From the sequence record PP496440.1: DNA of 64,000 nt. One strand, 5' to 3'. Under the pieces are notes generated by a model, which worked only from the letters and a program-made list of their open reading frames with translations, searched no databases and had not been told where the DNA came from. This document shows, in pieces, positions 26,859 to 35,494 of this stretch; the stretch's first letter is position 1, and the number at the start of each line of letters is the position of its first letter. The position numbers and the translations under genes are program-made.

Positions 26859-27483
26859 TGATCTTCAGGATGAACGAACGTGCTGCTTCGTTCAGTGTCT
26901 CGATACCCTCCAGTGCTTTCTTCTTGGCTGGCTTATACGGTGACAGACGTTGCTCGTCTACGTGTTCTATTGCACCGTCATAGTCGAAGTCGATGAACTC
27001 TGCTGACAGCAACCAATAGGCGCACGCACGAGACGCAGCGAAGTGGAACTCCAAGAGTCCAGCGGGGTATTCTCTCATAACACCCTGACCCTCATCATCG
27101 TGAAGACAGTACAGGGTGTTGTAATCTTTGGGGCCGCCAGTGGTGAACTGGTAAGTGCGTTCGCCGATGTCCATCTTCTCGAACTCAGCAAAGTCTGCTT
27201 CGTTGAACGGCCAGTCAACAGCCTCGATGGATTGAACGACGCCACCAATCGTCCAGGTGTAGGTGATTATTGGCGAGTCACCCATCTTATTTATGCTGCC
27301 CTTGGAAACGGTCAGGACAGATACGTCTGGGTGCTGCATGGTCAGGAACAGGTTGCCGGTTTGCACATGAGATGGAACAAGTCCGATCTGCATGGCACGC
27401 TGATATTCGTGGCGGCAGTCCAACCTGATGTGCAGTTTCGGTTTGGGTTTGCTTACGGTTGACCTGGATAACTTTGTGGGCAT
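26845..27483 (-). CDS. hypothetical early protein (212 aa)
   Basis: First gene after a sigma70 promoter, conserved leader plus GAGGAA. Confidence 0.65.
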   Translation of the reverse strand: MPTKLSRSTVSKPKPKLHIRLDCRHEYQRAMQIGLVPSHVQTGNLFLTMQHPDVSVLTVSKGSINKMGDSPIITYTWTIGGVVQSIEAVDWPFNEADFAEFEKMDIGERTYQFTTGGPKDYNTLYCLHDDEGQGVMREYPAGLLEFHFAASRACAYWLLSAEFIDFDYDGAIEHVDEQRLSPYKPAKKKALEGIETLNEAARSFILKIIADI

Positions 27484-27535
27484 GGTGTCTTCCTCATTGG
27501 GTCAGTGGGCGGCGGCTTAGTGGCGCCGTGCTACC

Positions 27536-27564
27536 AGTATGGACTCATTTACCCAGCCTGTCAA
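27536..27564 (-). promoter_or_regulatory. sigma70-type promoter
   Basis: TTGACA-N17-CATACT, with GTAAAT in the spacer. Confidence 0.75.
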
Positions 27565-27571
27565 GCCCAAC

Positions 27572-27605
27572 AAAAAAGCCCACCGCCGGTTAGGGTCAGT
27601 GGGCT
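27572..27605 (-). terminator. intrinsic terminator with CCTAACCG loop, after RNase H gene
   Basis: AGCCCAC...CCTAACCG...GTGGG followed by a U-tract on the minus strand. Confidence 0.7.
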
Positions 27606-27609
27606 CAGG

Positions 27610-28272
27610 TCAAAACAAACTGTTCTTCGGTACACGTTGCGTCAATGCCTGCAATTCATCAAACGTAAATTGGAACCATTCATGATCTCCGGATACCAGA
27701 CTATCCGTGGGCTTGGCCTTCTTAGCCTGCTTCAAGATCAGCTTTCGCTGTTCCCCGGCCAGCACGTCTGCCCGCTCATTTCCCACGTTGCCTTTGTGAC
27801 CTCTTACCCATGACACCTTGGCGTTGGTTTTCTCTTTCAACGCTTTGGCGCATAACCACAAATCGAAGTTGGCGACTGCTTCCCCGTTAGCCTTGAGTCC
27901 ACCTCGACGCATCCAGCCATCCAGATGCTCGGTGAATCCCTTCTGCACGTATTGGCTGTCGGTGATCACCTGAACGGGTCGTGGCACTTGCCCGAAGATC
28001 TGTCGGTGCAACATGTTGTAGCGGAAGGCGTCAGCCATGGCTGCGATAACACCTGACAGTTCCATGCGTGAGATCGTGGTGTCGTTGTATCCGGCGGCAC
28101 GGTGACTGACCTCCAGTACATTGGTCAGGTCATTGAACTGTGCACGCAGTGGAGAGAACACGGAGGCATTCAGATCCACCATGCGGACAGCAGCCCAACC
28201 GCCGATACGATCTTTCGATCCGCAAGACCCATCGGTGTAGTACGTCAACGGTATGTTCTTCTTGCCACGCAT
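27610..28272 (-). CDS. rnhA: ribonuclease HI
   Basis: YYTDGSC, TTISRMELSGVI, ITDSQYV, ANFDLW, WVRGHKGNVGNERADVLA. Confidence 0.95.
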   Translation of the reverse strand: MRGKKNIPLTYYTDGSCGSKDRIGGWAAVRMVDLNASVFSPLRAQFNDLTNVLEVSHRAAGYNDTTISRMELSGVIAAMADAFRYNMLHRQIFGQVPRPVQVITDSQYVQKGFTEHLDGWMRRGGLKANGEAVANFDLWLCAKALKEKTNAKVSWVRGHKGNVGNERADVLAGEQRKLILKQAKKAKPTDSLVSGDHEWFQFTFDELQALTQRVPKNSLF

Positions 28273-28281
28273 GGTAGGACC

Positions 28282-29016
28282 TTACTTGGTGATTATCTTG
28301 TAGGTGAACAACGCATCGGACAAGATGCGGTGAACCCTGTCGGCTTTGGTTACGAACAGGTCGGAAATAGCTTCCGCGTTGAGTGCGGGGTCGATCTGCC
28401 GAACGGCGCCGTCACCCATTACGTAGCCTTGATCCTGATCGCGAGTGCGTTCCTTGTCTTTCAGGATCGACAGGTGTATTGTGCTGCCGTACCGGAACAT
28501 GATCTGTGCACGTCCGTGTGTGGTGCTCTGGATACGATCAACGCTGTCCACTACCACCTGGCCGTACGTTTGTGCAGCTTCCATGACGTGGGCGATCATC
28601 GGAGACGCATAACCGGGAGTGCACGCATAGCTAGAACATTTCTGCCCCAAGGTATGTTTCAGTGGATTGAACAACTGGAGGACTGGCACGGTCTTGCTCA
28701 TCGAGTGTAGACCGTTGTGGACATCAGTCTTGTCCGCCATCACATGCCAGTTGCGCAGGAAAATCTGGCTACTGGAATGGACAAGATACGGTAGTCGCAT
28801 CAAGTCCTCCATCTGATCCACGAACAGGTGAATATCTATGAGGAACTTGTTCTCAATCTTAGTCCACCGACCGGGATTGGTACGCTCGATCTCGAGGAAC
28901 CCGGTTAGGGTCAGGGCCTCTAGGATTACACCCTTGGCAAGCAGTGCGTCCCGGTCGGTCAGGTTGAACAAGGATTCGGAATGATCCCTGTCGGTGATTA
29001 AGGTAATGTAATTCAT
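28282..29016 (-). CDS. hypothetical protein (244 aa)
   Basis: Clean ORF in operon. Confidence 0.6.
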   Translation of the reverse strand: MNYITLITDRDHSESLFNLTDRDALLAKGVILEALTLTGFLEIERTNPGRWTKIENKFLIDIHLFVDQMEDLMRLPYLVHSSSQIFLRNWHVMADKTDVHNGLHSMSKTVPVLQLFNPLKHTLGQKCSSYACTPGYASPMIAHVMEAAQTYGQVVVDSVDRIQSTTHGRAQIMFRYGSTIHLSILKDKERTRDQDQGYVMGDGAVRQIDPALNAEAISDLFVTKADRVHRILSDALFTYKIITK

Positions 29017-29034
29017 GGTAGGGTACCTGGGTGC

Positions 29035-29343
29035 TTACAACTTCTGGGGGCTGACAGTGACAACGCGGATGTCGGCCACGCCCGCACTTATCTGCAGCTC
29101 GACTTTGATGAACAGGCTCTTGTCTTCGTTGGCATAGTAGAAGACCCCGTTGGTGCGCTTGAGGAAGAACTTGCCTTTGTTTTCACTGCGGTACACAGTG
29201 AAGTCTTCCATGTTGTCTTTCTTGAACCGGGTGTAGATCATCTCACTAGTGATCTTGGCGACGGCTTTGGTGCCGAGGTCATCCAAGTCCCACTTGATGC
29301 CTACACCGGCGGACTGTTGCACGAAACTTGCGAGGGTAGTCAT
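29035..29343 (-). CDS. hypothetical protein (102 aa)
   Basis: Start MTTLASF at 29343 after GGAG. Confidence 0.6.
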   Translation of the reverse strand: MTTLASFVQQSAGVGIKWDLDDLGTKAVAKITSEMIYTRFKKDNMEDFTVYRSENKGKFFLKRTNGVFYYANEDKSLFIKVELQISAGVADIRVVTVSPQKL

Positions 29344-29375
29344 TTGGTCTCCAATGGATCTTGGTTGGGAAGTGG

Positions 29376-29528
29376 TTAGCGAACCAACATCCACAGGCAT
29401 GTTGAAAAGCTGAAGGTATCTCGGCATTCAGCCCACGTGAAGTACTCCCAGGTGAAGGCGGCGATGATGATCACGGCAATTGCGAGTAACCCGAGATTAG
29501 TATTTAGCGCGGTACCTTTCTTACTCAT
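29376..29528 (-). CDS. small membrane protein (50 aa)
   Basis: MSKKGTALNTNLGLLAIAVIIIAAFTWEYFTWAECRDTFSFSTCLWMLVR; one TM helix, ATGA-coupled; not in track. Confidence 0.55.
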   Translation of the reverse strand: MSKKGTALNTNLGLLAIAVIIIAAFTWEYFTWAECRDTFSFSTCLWMLVR

Positions 29529-29731
29529 GGTTGACTCTCCACGCATTGGTTGAATGTTTCCTTACCTGTGTATTGAATGGCGGACCTTCCCTTGTTCTTA
29601 ACAATGCGCTGCATTGCCTTGTCGATGGCTCGGTTGAAGAGTGCATAGGTTATACGCTGCCTCATCTCGGCCCGCAACTTGGGAGTGGCCCGCACAGGTA
29701 GTGTCAACGTGTATCTGTCTGCCAGTTTCAT
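29525..29731 (-). CDS. hypothetical basic protein (68 aa)
   Basis: Coupled ORF. Confidence 0.5.
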   Translation of the reverse strand: MKLADRYTLTLPVRATPKLRAEMRQRITYALFNRAIDKAMQRIVKNKGRSAIQYTGKETFNQCVESQP

Positions 29732-29946
29732 GGTCTATTTCCAGTCATGGGCGTGACCCCAAGATAACGACCGAGTGCCGGGATGAACAATGGGCAAGCG
29801 CTGACACAGACCCAAGCAACGGACATGGGAAGTGATACCTCGTTTAGCATCTGCCAACCACATGCGAACAGGATGATCAGGCTGAGTATTGCGTAGTACG
29901 CGGACCAGATGATCAACCACCAAGCCTTACGGGACACGTTCTTCAT
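29728..29946 (-). CDS. small membrane protein with two TM segments (72 aa)
   Basis: Start MKNVSRK coupled to the helicase stop; two hydrophobic stretches. Confidence 0.55.
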   Translation of the reverse strand: MKNVSRKAWWLIIWSAYYAILSLIILFACGWQMLNEVSLPMSVAWVCVSACPLFIPALGRYLGVTPMTGNRP

Positions 29947-31550
29947 TTGTTCCACTCCTTGCGAGCCTTCAATTGGGCCTCGGTAGGGGCCACCCGGAAC
30001 CGTGTGTTCTGGGGTGACAAGTTCTTGAGCAGTGTGGTGGTCACGCATTCGTGCGGCGTGATATGCAGCAGCAGGTCACTGGCTCGGGTGTACGAAACGT
30101 ATTGCACGTGGGGTAGCTGACCGTCTTCACAGTCGAACCAGTCATCGATCACCGCAACCCGTTCGCTCTCCATACCCTTCGCACCCCATGAGGTGTTCAG
30201 CTCCACACCTTTGCCGTGGTCGTTGGCAATGATCTTGGTGATGAACGTCTTCACTTCGGCGGCGCTACCCAGGTCCCAGTTGGTGACGATGTACAGCGCA
30301 GCGTCTGCGGCATCCTTGATCAGCGGCTCCTTGGCCTCCTTGCGCAAATCATCCAAGGCCTTAACGAAGTCAAGAGTGGACTTGCGGCCACAGCGCATGG
30401 CGACACCGATCACTTGTTCCAGCACCTTGGCTTTCTTGAAGGTAACCTCCAGCCCCCGATCCATGTACTCCAGTGCGATACGGATCAGATGCTTGTTGCG
30501 AGCGCTGACCACACGTTGCACGTCGAACTTTATCATGCTCTTGATACGGTACGGATCCTTCTTGGTGTGCGCCGTCAGCATCTTGACTTGCCCACCTTCG
30601 GCGAATGCTTCAAGCGGCACATTGGGGAAGCGACCTTTGACGAACTCAACGATCTTAGACTTAGACCGGTACGTGGTGGTCGAAGGTAGTCGCTTGGCGT
30701 TGAACTCCTTGAACATGTCAGCCATGCCCGCACTCAACCCGCCTCGGAACGCATAGATGGCCTGCCATGGATCACCGACGAAGACGAACAACATGCCCGG
30801 CTTCAATCGGCGGAATAGGCGAAGCGTGTCGTGCTGCACAAGGTTGAAGTCTTGGAACTCATCGACGAACAACACGTCCGGCAGGATCTTCGCCAGCTTG
30901 GCGTACTGCGTGCGTATAAAGCTGTTGGCCAGAACCATGCGGCTCATATCGTTGAAGTCTACCGACGACGTGGTCTCGTCACTGGCTTCCAACGCTTCAC
31001 AGATTTCAGGAAGCAGCGGCACCACCTTCTCATGCGGAATCAGGAAGCGATACTTGCCGGTGATCAGTTCCCTGATCTGCTTCTCGTTGCTGTAGGGGAT
31101 ACCCAATTCACGGATGCGCTCTCCGTGCCAGCGGATGTCCTTGTTCTTCCGGGGTCCATCTTGGGGGAACAGCGCATCCACCACCTGGAACCACTTGTCG
31201 AACATGATCGGTACGGCCTTGGAACCCGTCAAGGTCTTGAACAACTCCAAACCATAGCTGTGCATGGTGGAACTGGAGACTGCCCGATCCTTAATACGCT
31301 GATCGAACACCTTGGCGTTGTCCGTGTTGAACACGATGGCGCGCATGGTCAGCTTCGGGCACTCTTTACGAATGCGGCGGATAGTCTCGATGATCAGGGT
31401 GGTCTTACCCGATCCGGCACCGGCATCGATACCCACTGCGTCTTGTGGCTTGCCGGTGTACAAGTCTTTAGGCATCGACTTGGCTTTCTTCAAGATCTCG
31501 TTGAAGATGTCATTCTGTTGCTTGGACCAAACTCTTTCAGTAGTGGACAT
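29943..31550 (-). CDS. UvrD/Rep-like superfamily 1 DNA helicase
   Basis: AGAGSGKTT (Walker A), FVDEFQD (Walker B), VGDPWQAIYAFRG, TTYRS, AKGMES, YVSYTRA. Confidence 0.92.
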   Translation of the reverse strand: MSTTERVWSKQQNDIFNEILKKAKSMPKDLYTGKPQDAVGIDAGAGSGKTTLIIETIRRIRKECPKLTMRAIVFNTDNAKVFDQRIKDRAVSSSTMHSYGLELFKTLTGSKAVPIMFDKWFQVVDALFPQDGPRKNKDIRWHGERIRELGIPYSNEKQIRELITGKYRFLIPHEKVVPLLPEICEALEASDETTSSVDFNDMSRMVLANSFIRTQYAKLAKILPDVLFVDEFQDFNLVQHDTLRLFRRLKPGMLFVFVGDPWQAIYAFRGGLSAGMADMFKEFNAKRLPSTTTYRSKSKIVEFVKGRFPNVPLEAFAEGGQVKMLTAHTKKDPYRIKSMIKFDVQRVVSARNKHLIRIALEYMDRGLEVTFKKAKVLEQVIGVAMRCGRKSTLDFVKALDDLRKEAKEPLIKDAADAALYIVTNWDLGSAAEVKTFITKIIANDHGKGVELNTSWGAKGMESERVAVIDDWFDCEDGQLPHVQYVSYTRASDLLLHITPHECVTTTLLKNLSPQNTRFRVAPTEAQLKARKEWNK

Positions 31551-31677
31551 TGGTTTACCTTAACGCTTCACGGTTTCCATCCATTTACACGAGGCCTATG
31601 CGCGTGGGGTAAATGAGCGTATAGCAATCGAATGCGTGGAATTAGCCCTTAACGGCGTCCCCACTAGTGGAGAACAC

Positions 31678-33156
31678 ATGAAATCTGTAGCCGTTGACTA
31701 CCAAAAGATAGCCAAGGAATGCCAGTGCACCGAGCTGCCTTCCAAGGTAAGAGTTACTCGTGCACGGGTCTATCCAAACTTGAGGACGTGCCTACTCTTC
31801 CTCAAGTACGATGCCAAAGGTGAACTGGTACAAGCCGAGATCACTGCGCCGTACGACACGTCCACTGAGCCAAAGGTGAGGGTGCTCAAACATCCTGACA
31901 AGAAGTCAGACTTCCTTTCATTATATAGGGCGCTGATCCGCCACCAGATCATACCCGAGTCTATTCCGAAGAAAGGTAACGGGATTGCACCAACGCTGGA
32001 GGTCATCGGCACACTGGTTAGCCTGCTGCCGGAACGGGATGTCGAAACCTTCCGAACCCTTACCCCGGCCATCCAGACTGGCAGCGTTATGTACGTCCCT
32101 CTGGTTACGTCCCGGCCAATGCCCATGGTGCAACACTGGATACCTGTTGACCAGCATTCAGAGCTGGGCATGATCGAGCTGGTCGATACGGATAGCAAGC
32201 CTTTCCTGAATCAGTGGGTCAACAGGTTGAGCAACACCGCCACCGGTTATGTGATCTACACCCCGGAAGGCTCACACGGTCAGGAACTCGCCTGCTTCCG
32301 GGTGCCCAATGTACAAGGGGAGGAACTGTGTGTGGTCAAGAAGGTTGACTTCACCCTGACTGTTGCTCGCACACTCAAGCCGGTACTGACTGTATCCACC
32401 AAGAGTACTCGGGCAGTGTCCCGCATTCCCCTACCCCACTATCTGATGCTGCGCAATCACCACATCAAGGTGGGCACGGTTATTTCCCTGCGTCGTAACG
32501 ACCGAGGTGGGTTGGTGTACCATGAGACGGTGGCCGAGGAAGGCATGACGCCCCTGCCGCTGTGTCCACACTGCCACAGTGGTTCTGTGCTGCGAGGTAG
32601 TAGCAATGACGTGTACTGCAATAACGATTCATGCCGAGGCCTAGCCATCGTGCGACTTCGTTATGTCTTGAACAACAAGCTGGACGTCAAGTACCTGAGC
32701 GACAATAAGGTAACGGCGCTGATCAATGACAAGCAGGACCTGTTCAGCTTGCTTAAGACACCGACGCACCAGTTACGGCATAGACCTGGCTTTGGTGCAC
32801 GTACCGTGGACGCACTGGAGGAGAAGCTTAACACTATTGCCGGTCTTCCACTGCACACACTGGCCGAGATGTCCTGCGCTTTCTACAACGTGGGCGTGCC
32901 CCCACTGGATGAGATGGTGTTCAAGAAGATCTTTTCCGTTATGTCGATTGACTACCTGAAAGCGCTGCCGTCTACCGGCAAGATGTACAGTCAGCTGCTC
33001 GACATCGAAGGTATCCGCAACAACCGCGCAGTGGCTTTCCTTGCTGGCTGGCCTGCATTTCAACAGTGGATGATAGACCTGAACGCTGCCCTACAGTCTC
33101 GCAGCGCAATCTCCACCACGGTAAATAGCCCAAAACAAATTCGAGGTGTTAAATGA
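31678..33156 (+). CDS. NAD-dependent DNA ligase (LigA) paralogue, catalytically degenerate
   Basis: Adenylation-domain remnant (YPNLRT in place of xxKxDG), OB domain, C4 Zn finger CPHC...CNNDSC, HhH motifs; no BRCT; start MKSVAV after GGAG. Confidence 0.75.
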   Translation: MKSVAVDYQKIAKECQCTELPSKVRVTRARVYPNLRTCLLFLKYDAKGELVQAEITAPYDTSTEPKVRVLKHPDKKSDFLSLYRALIRHQIIPESIPKKGNGIAPTLEVIGTLVSLLPERDVETFRTLTPAIQTGSVMYVPLVTSRPMPMVQHWIPVDQHSELGMIELVDTDSKPFLNQWVNRLSNTATGYVIYTPEGSHGQELACFRVPNVQGEELCVVKKVDFTLTVARTLKPVLTVSTKSTRAVSRIPLPHYLMLRNHHIKVGTVISLRRNDRGGLVYHETVAEEGMTPLPLCPHCHSGSVLRGSSNDVYCNNDSCRGLAIVRLRYVLNNKLDVKYLSDNKVTALINDKQDLFSLLKTPTHQLRHRPGFGARTVDALEEKLNTIAGLPLHTLAEMSCAFYNVGVPPLDEMVFKKIFSVMSIDYLKALPSTGKMYSQLLDIEGIRNNRAVAFLAGWPAFQQWMIDLNAALQSRSAISTTVNSPKQIRGVK

Positions 33157-33917
33157 ACGTTCAAAACAGAACTCGTATCGCTGTGCTTGTCGGCGGCGGT
33201 CTGGACTCCCACGCCTACATGGTGTTGAAAGCCGACCAGCCACAGACGGACTTCATTCATGTGGACTACGGCCAGCGGGTTGCAGTAGCCGAGAGAAACG
33301 CCGTGTTGCAAATGGCTGAGAAGCTGGGCATTGCCCGCAGTCGCGTGTACACGCTGATCTGCAACAAGAAGAATCACATGCGCAAGGTCAATGACGGTGT
33401 GGGTGTGTTGTTTGGCACCGGCCCGGTCGAGATGGACAATGCGTTTGTTAAGGGGCGTAACCTGTTCCTGATTCAGAAGGCCATCGAGCTGGGCTACGGT
33501 CACGTGCACTTGACGCTGACCCAAGAGCGTGGCCGGATGTTCCCCGATGCCGATCTGGCATTCGTCCAGCTGGTTGACAACCTGATGCACCGCAGTTATG
33601 ACGTGAGGGTATCCGCCCCCTACATCATGGAAGACAAGCATCGGGTGATGTTCAAGGCGTATCGGCATTGCCCCGAGTTCCTCGATATGTCTTTCACGTG
33701 CTGGGTAGGTCCTTATGTGGAATGTGGCACGTGCCCGCACTGCGTCAAGAAGGAAAAGATTCGAGCCGAGATGATCGTTGAGAAAGCCGACTACGATCTC
33801 AACAAGGATGAACGTGAGGCGCAGTGGAAGCAAGTCAAGGCAGGCTACGGCGACGCGTTGAAGCCCGCTGAGACCATCAACGCGACGGTATCTGTTGCTA
33901 AGGGGGAATTTAAATGA
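33153..33917 (+). CDS. queC: QueC-like PP-loop ATPase A (7-cyano-7-deazaguanine synthase family)
   Basis: VGGGLDS, DYGQR, GRN, FPD, SFTCW...CGTCPHC Zn site. Confidence 0.75.
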   Translation: MNVQNRTRIAVLVGGGLDSHAYMVLKADQPQTDFIHVDYGQRVAVAERNAVLQMAEKLGIARSRVYTLICNKKNHMRKVNDGVGVLFGTGPVEMDNAFVKGRNLFLIQKAIELGYGHVHLTLTQERGRMFPDADLAFVQLVDNLMHRSYDVRVSAPYIMEDKHRVMFKAYRHCPEFLDMSFTCWVGPYVECGTCPHCVKKEKIRAEMIVEKADYDLNKDEREAQWKQVKAGYGDALKPAETINATVSVAKGEFK

Positions 33918-34636
33918 ACAAGTTCTTAGGTTGGTTCAAGCGTCTGCTGGATAAGAAACAAAAGTCAGTCACGATGACGTTGACCGACGCCGAAGGTAAG
34001 TTGGTCACCATTCACATACCGCAAGGTGCGGGTGTCGAATACACGCTCTCGAAGTCGGGCACCCACTTGAACATCTCAGTTAAAGACGACGTGTTCATGT
34101 TGCGCACGAATGGCGCAGGAGGCAACGGAGGTGGCGGTGGCCGTGGAAGTTCCAAACCCGGTCTCAACGGTGGCCCCGGCCATACACCTATCCCCCGGTC
34201 CCCAAGCTTCACGGGCGCTGGTACGCCGAACTACGGTCACGCAGGCGACCCGCCTGTTGGTGCTCAAGCTTCGTTCCCTATCGGCGCCCGAGCAACTGTT
34301 TCTGGTGGTGGGCGCGTTGGTGGCCTGTCAGGTGGAAGCGCAAACGGCACAATGGCTGGTGGTGGAGATGGCTTAGTTCCCTCTCCAATCCGTAGCTCTG
34401 ATCGAGCTTACCTGATTAGAGGTTTGTATTACGTCATCACGACGAAGAAGATAACGGGAGAGCAATACCCGATCCATGAGCTTCTGCATTGGGGTAAGAA
34501 GTCAATCGAACTCATGGGCAAGTTCTCCACCGTCCGAGACGCTATCGACGAACTCAAATTGAAGACGGGTATCCCATTCGAAGACCTGACGGACTATCAG
34601 GTTGATTCCCTTCCCAAACGACTGTGCAAGCCTTGA
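33914..34636 (+). CDS. Gly-rich protein with N-terminal amphipathic helix
   Basis: MNKFLGWFKRLL start; central ~90-aa Gly/Ser/Pro-rich segment; 4-bp overlap with QueC-A. Confidence 0.55.
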   Translation: MNKFLGWFKRLLDKKQKSVTMTLTDAEGKLVTIHIPQGAGVEYTLSKSGTHLNISVKDDVFMLRTNGAGGNGGGGGRGSSKPGLNGGPGHTPIPRSPSFTGAGTPNYGHAGDPPVGAQASFPIGARATVSGGGRVGGLSGGSANGTMAGGGDGLVPSPIRSSDRAYLIRGLYYVITTKKITGEQYPIHELLHWGKKSIELMGKFSTVRDAIDELKLKTGIPFEDLTDYQVDSLPKRLCKP

Positions 34637-34674
34637 TCGGGTAAATGGCCCGTAACTAATCCGGAGACACCAGC

Positions 34675-35493
34675 ATGACCACTGCGCCCCCAAAGATTAT
34701 CGTTGCATTCAGCGCCGGTACAGATTCAACTACAGCGGCCTACTACTATCGCAAGCTCGGCTATCAGGTAACGCTGGCCGTGTTCGATGACGGCGCATGC
34801 AACGATCCACTTGGCCCTCTGTACGATCCGAACAAGCCGAAGGACTTGACCAACTTCTCGGATGAGTTCTACGATTACGTACGGATTCACCAAGAGCACA
34901 CGGAAGGCCATCTTCAGTTCGACTTCGTGGAGATTCGTTATCCGCAACTCGCATTGCTGGAAGCCAACAAGACAGCCAAGCCCGGTCGGGACAATGCAGC
35001 AGCAGCAGAGGCTGACGGCTTGGGCTTCTGGGTCGGCTTCAAGGGCCTGATGGCAATGTTGCTGATGAGCCACGGCGCCGCCAATGGTTACGAGGCAGTA
35101 GTCTTCGGCCACATGCCGTACAACAACCATTACGAAGATGAGCTGCCCCAGAACTTCGAGCTGCTGCGTCAGTACATGGTTACGGCCTATGGCAGCCGAG
35201 TGGAAATTCCTCAGATCTACCACCCATTCTATCGACCGAATTTCGATACCAAGGAAAAGGTTATTGAGCTGGCGCAGGCAATCGGCGTGCCCTTGCGAGA
35301 TACCTATTCGTGCCGCCGAGGTGAAGTAGAAACCCGAGGTATCCTCCTGCCACTTCTGCGTGGCGGTAACTCCAACTACGTGAGCCCCACCTACCGTTGG
35401 AAGCATTGTGGTACGTGTGAGAACTGTGTCGAACGCAAGCGAGCCTTCGCGGCGCTGGGCATGAAAGATCCTGCCCCTTATATGGAACATTGA
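34675..35493 (+). CDS. queC: QueC-like PP-loop ATPase B
   Basis: FSAGTDST, TKEKVIELAQAIGVPLRDTYSC, HCGTCENCVERKRAF...DP..Y (typical QueC C-terminus). Confidence 0.8.
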   Translation: MTTAPPKIIVAFSAGTDSTTAAYYYRKLGYQVTLAVFDDGACNDPLGPLYDPNKPKDLTNFSDEFYDYVRIHQEHTEGHLQFDFVEIRYPQLALLEANKTAKPGRDNAAAAEADGLGFWVGFKGLMAMLLMSHGAANGYEAVVFGHMPYNNHYEDELPQNFELLRQYMVTAYGSRVEIPQIYHPFYRPNFDTKEKVIELAQAIGVPLRDTYSCRRGEVETRGILLPLLRGGNSNYVSPTYRWKHCGTCENCVERKRAFAALGMKDPAPYMEH

Positions 35494-35494
35494 T

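Noticed and set aside
33914-34636. Collagen-like protein
   Set aside because: Gly-rich but no sustained Gly-X-Y periodicity.
33153-35493. Standard 7-deazaguanine (dPreQ0/dG+) DNA-modification locus
   Set aside because: No FolE, QueD, QueE, QueF/Gat-QueC or DpdA/TGT seen in the window, and the neighbours are unrelated to that pathway; not excluded if those genes lie elsewhere.
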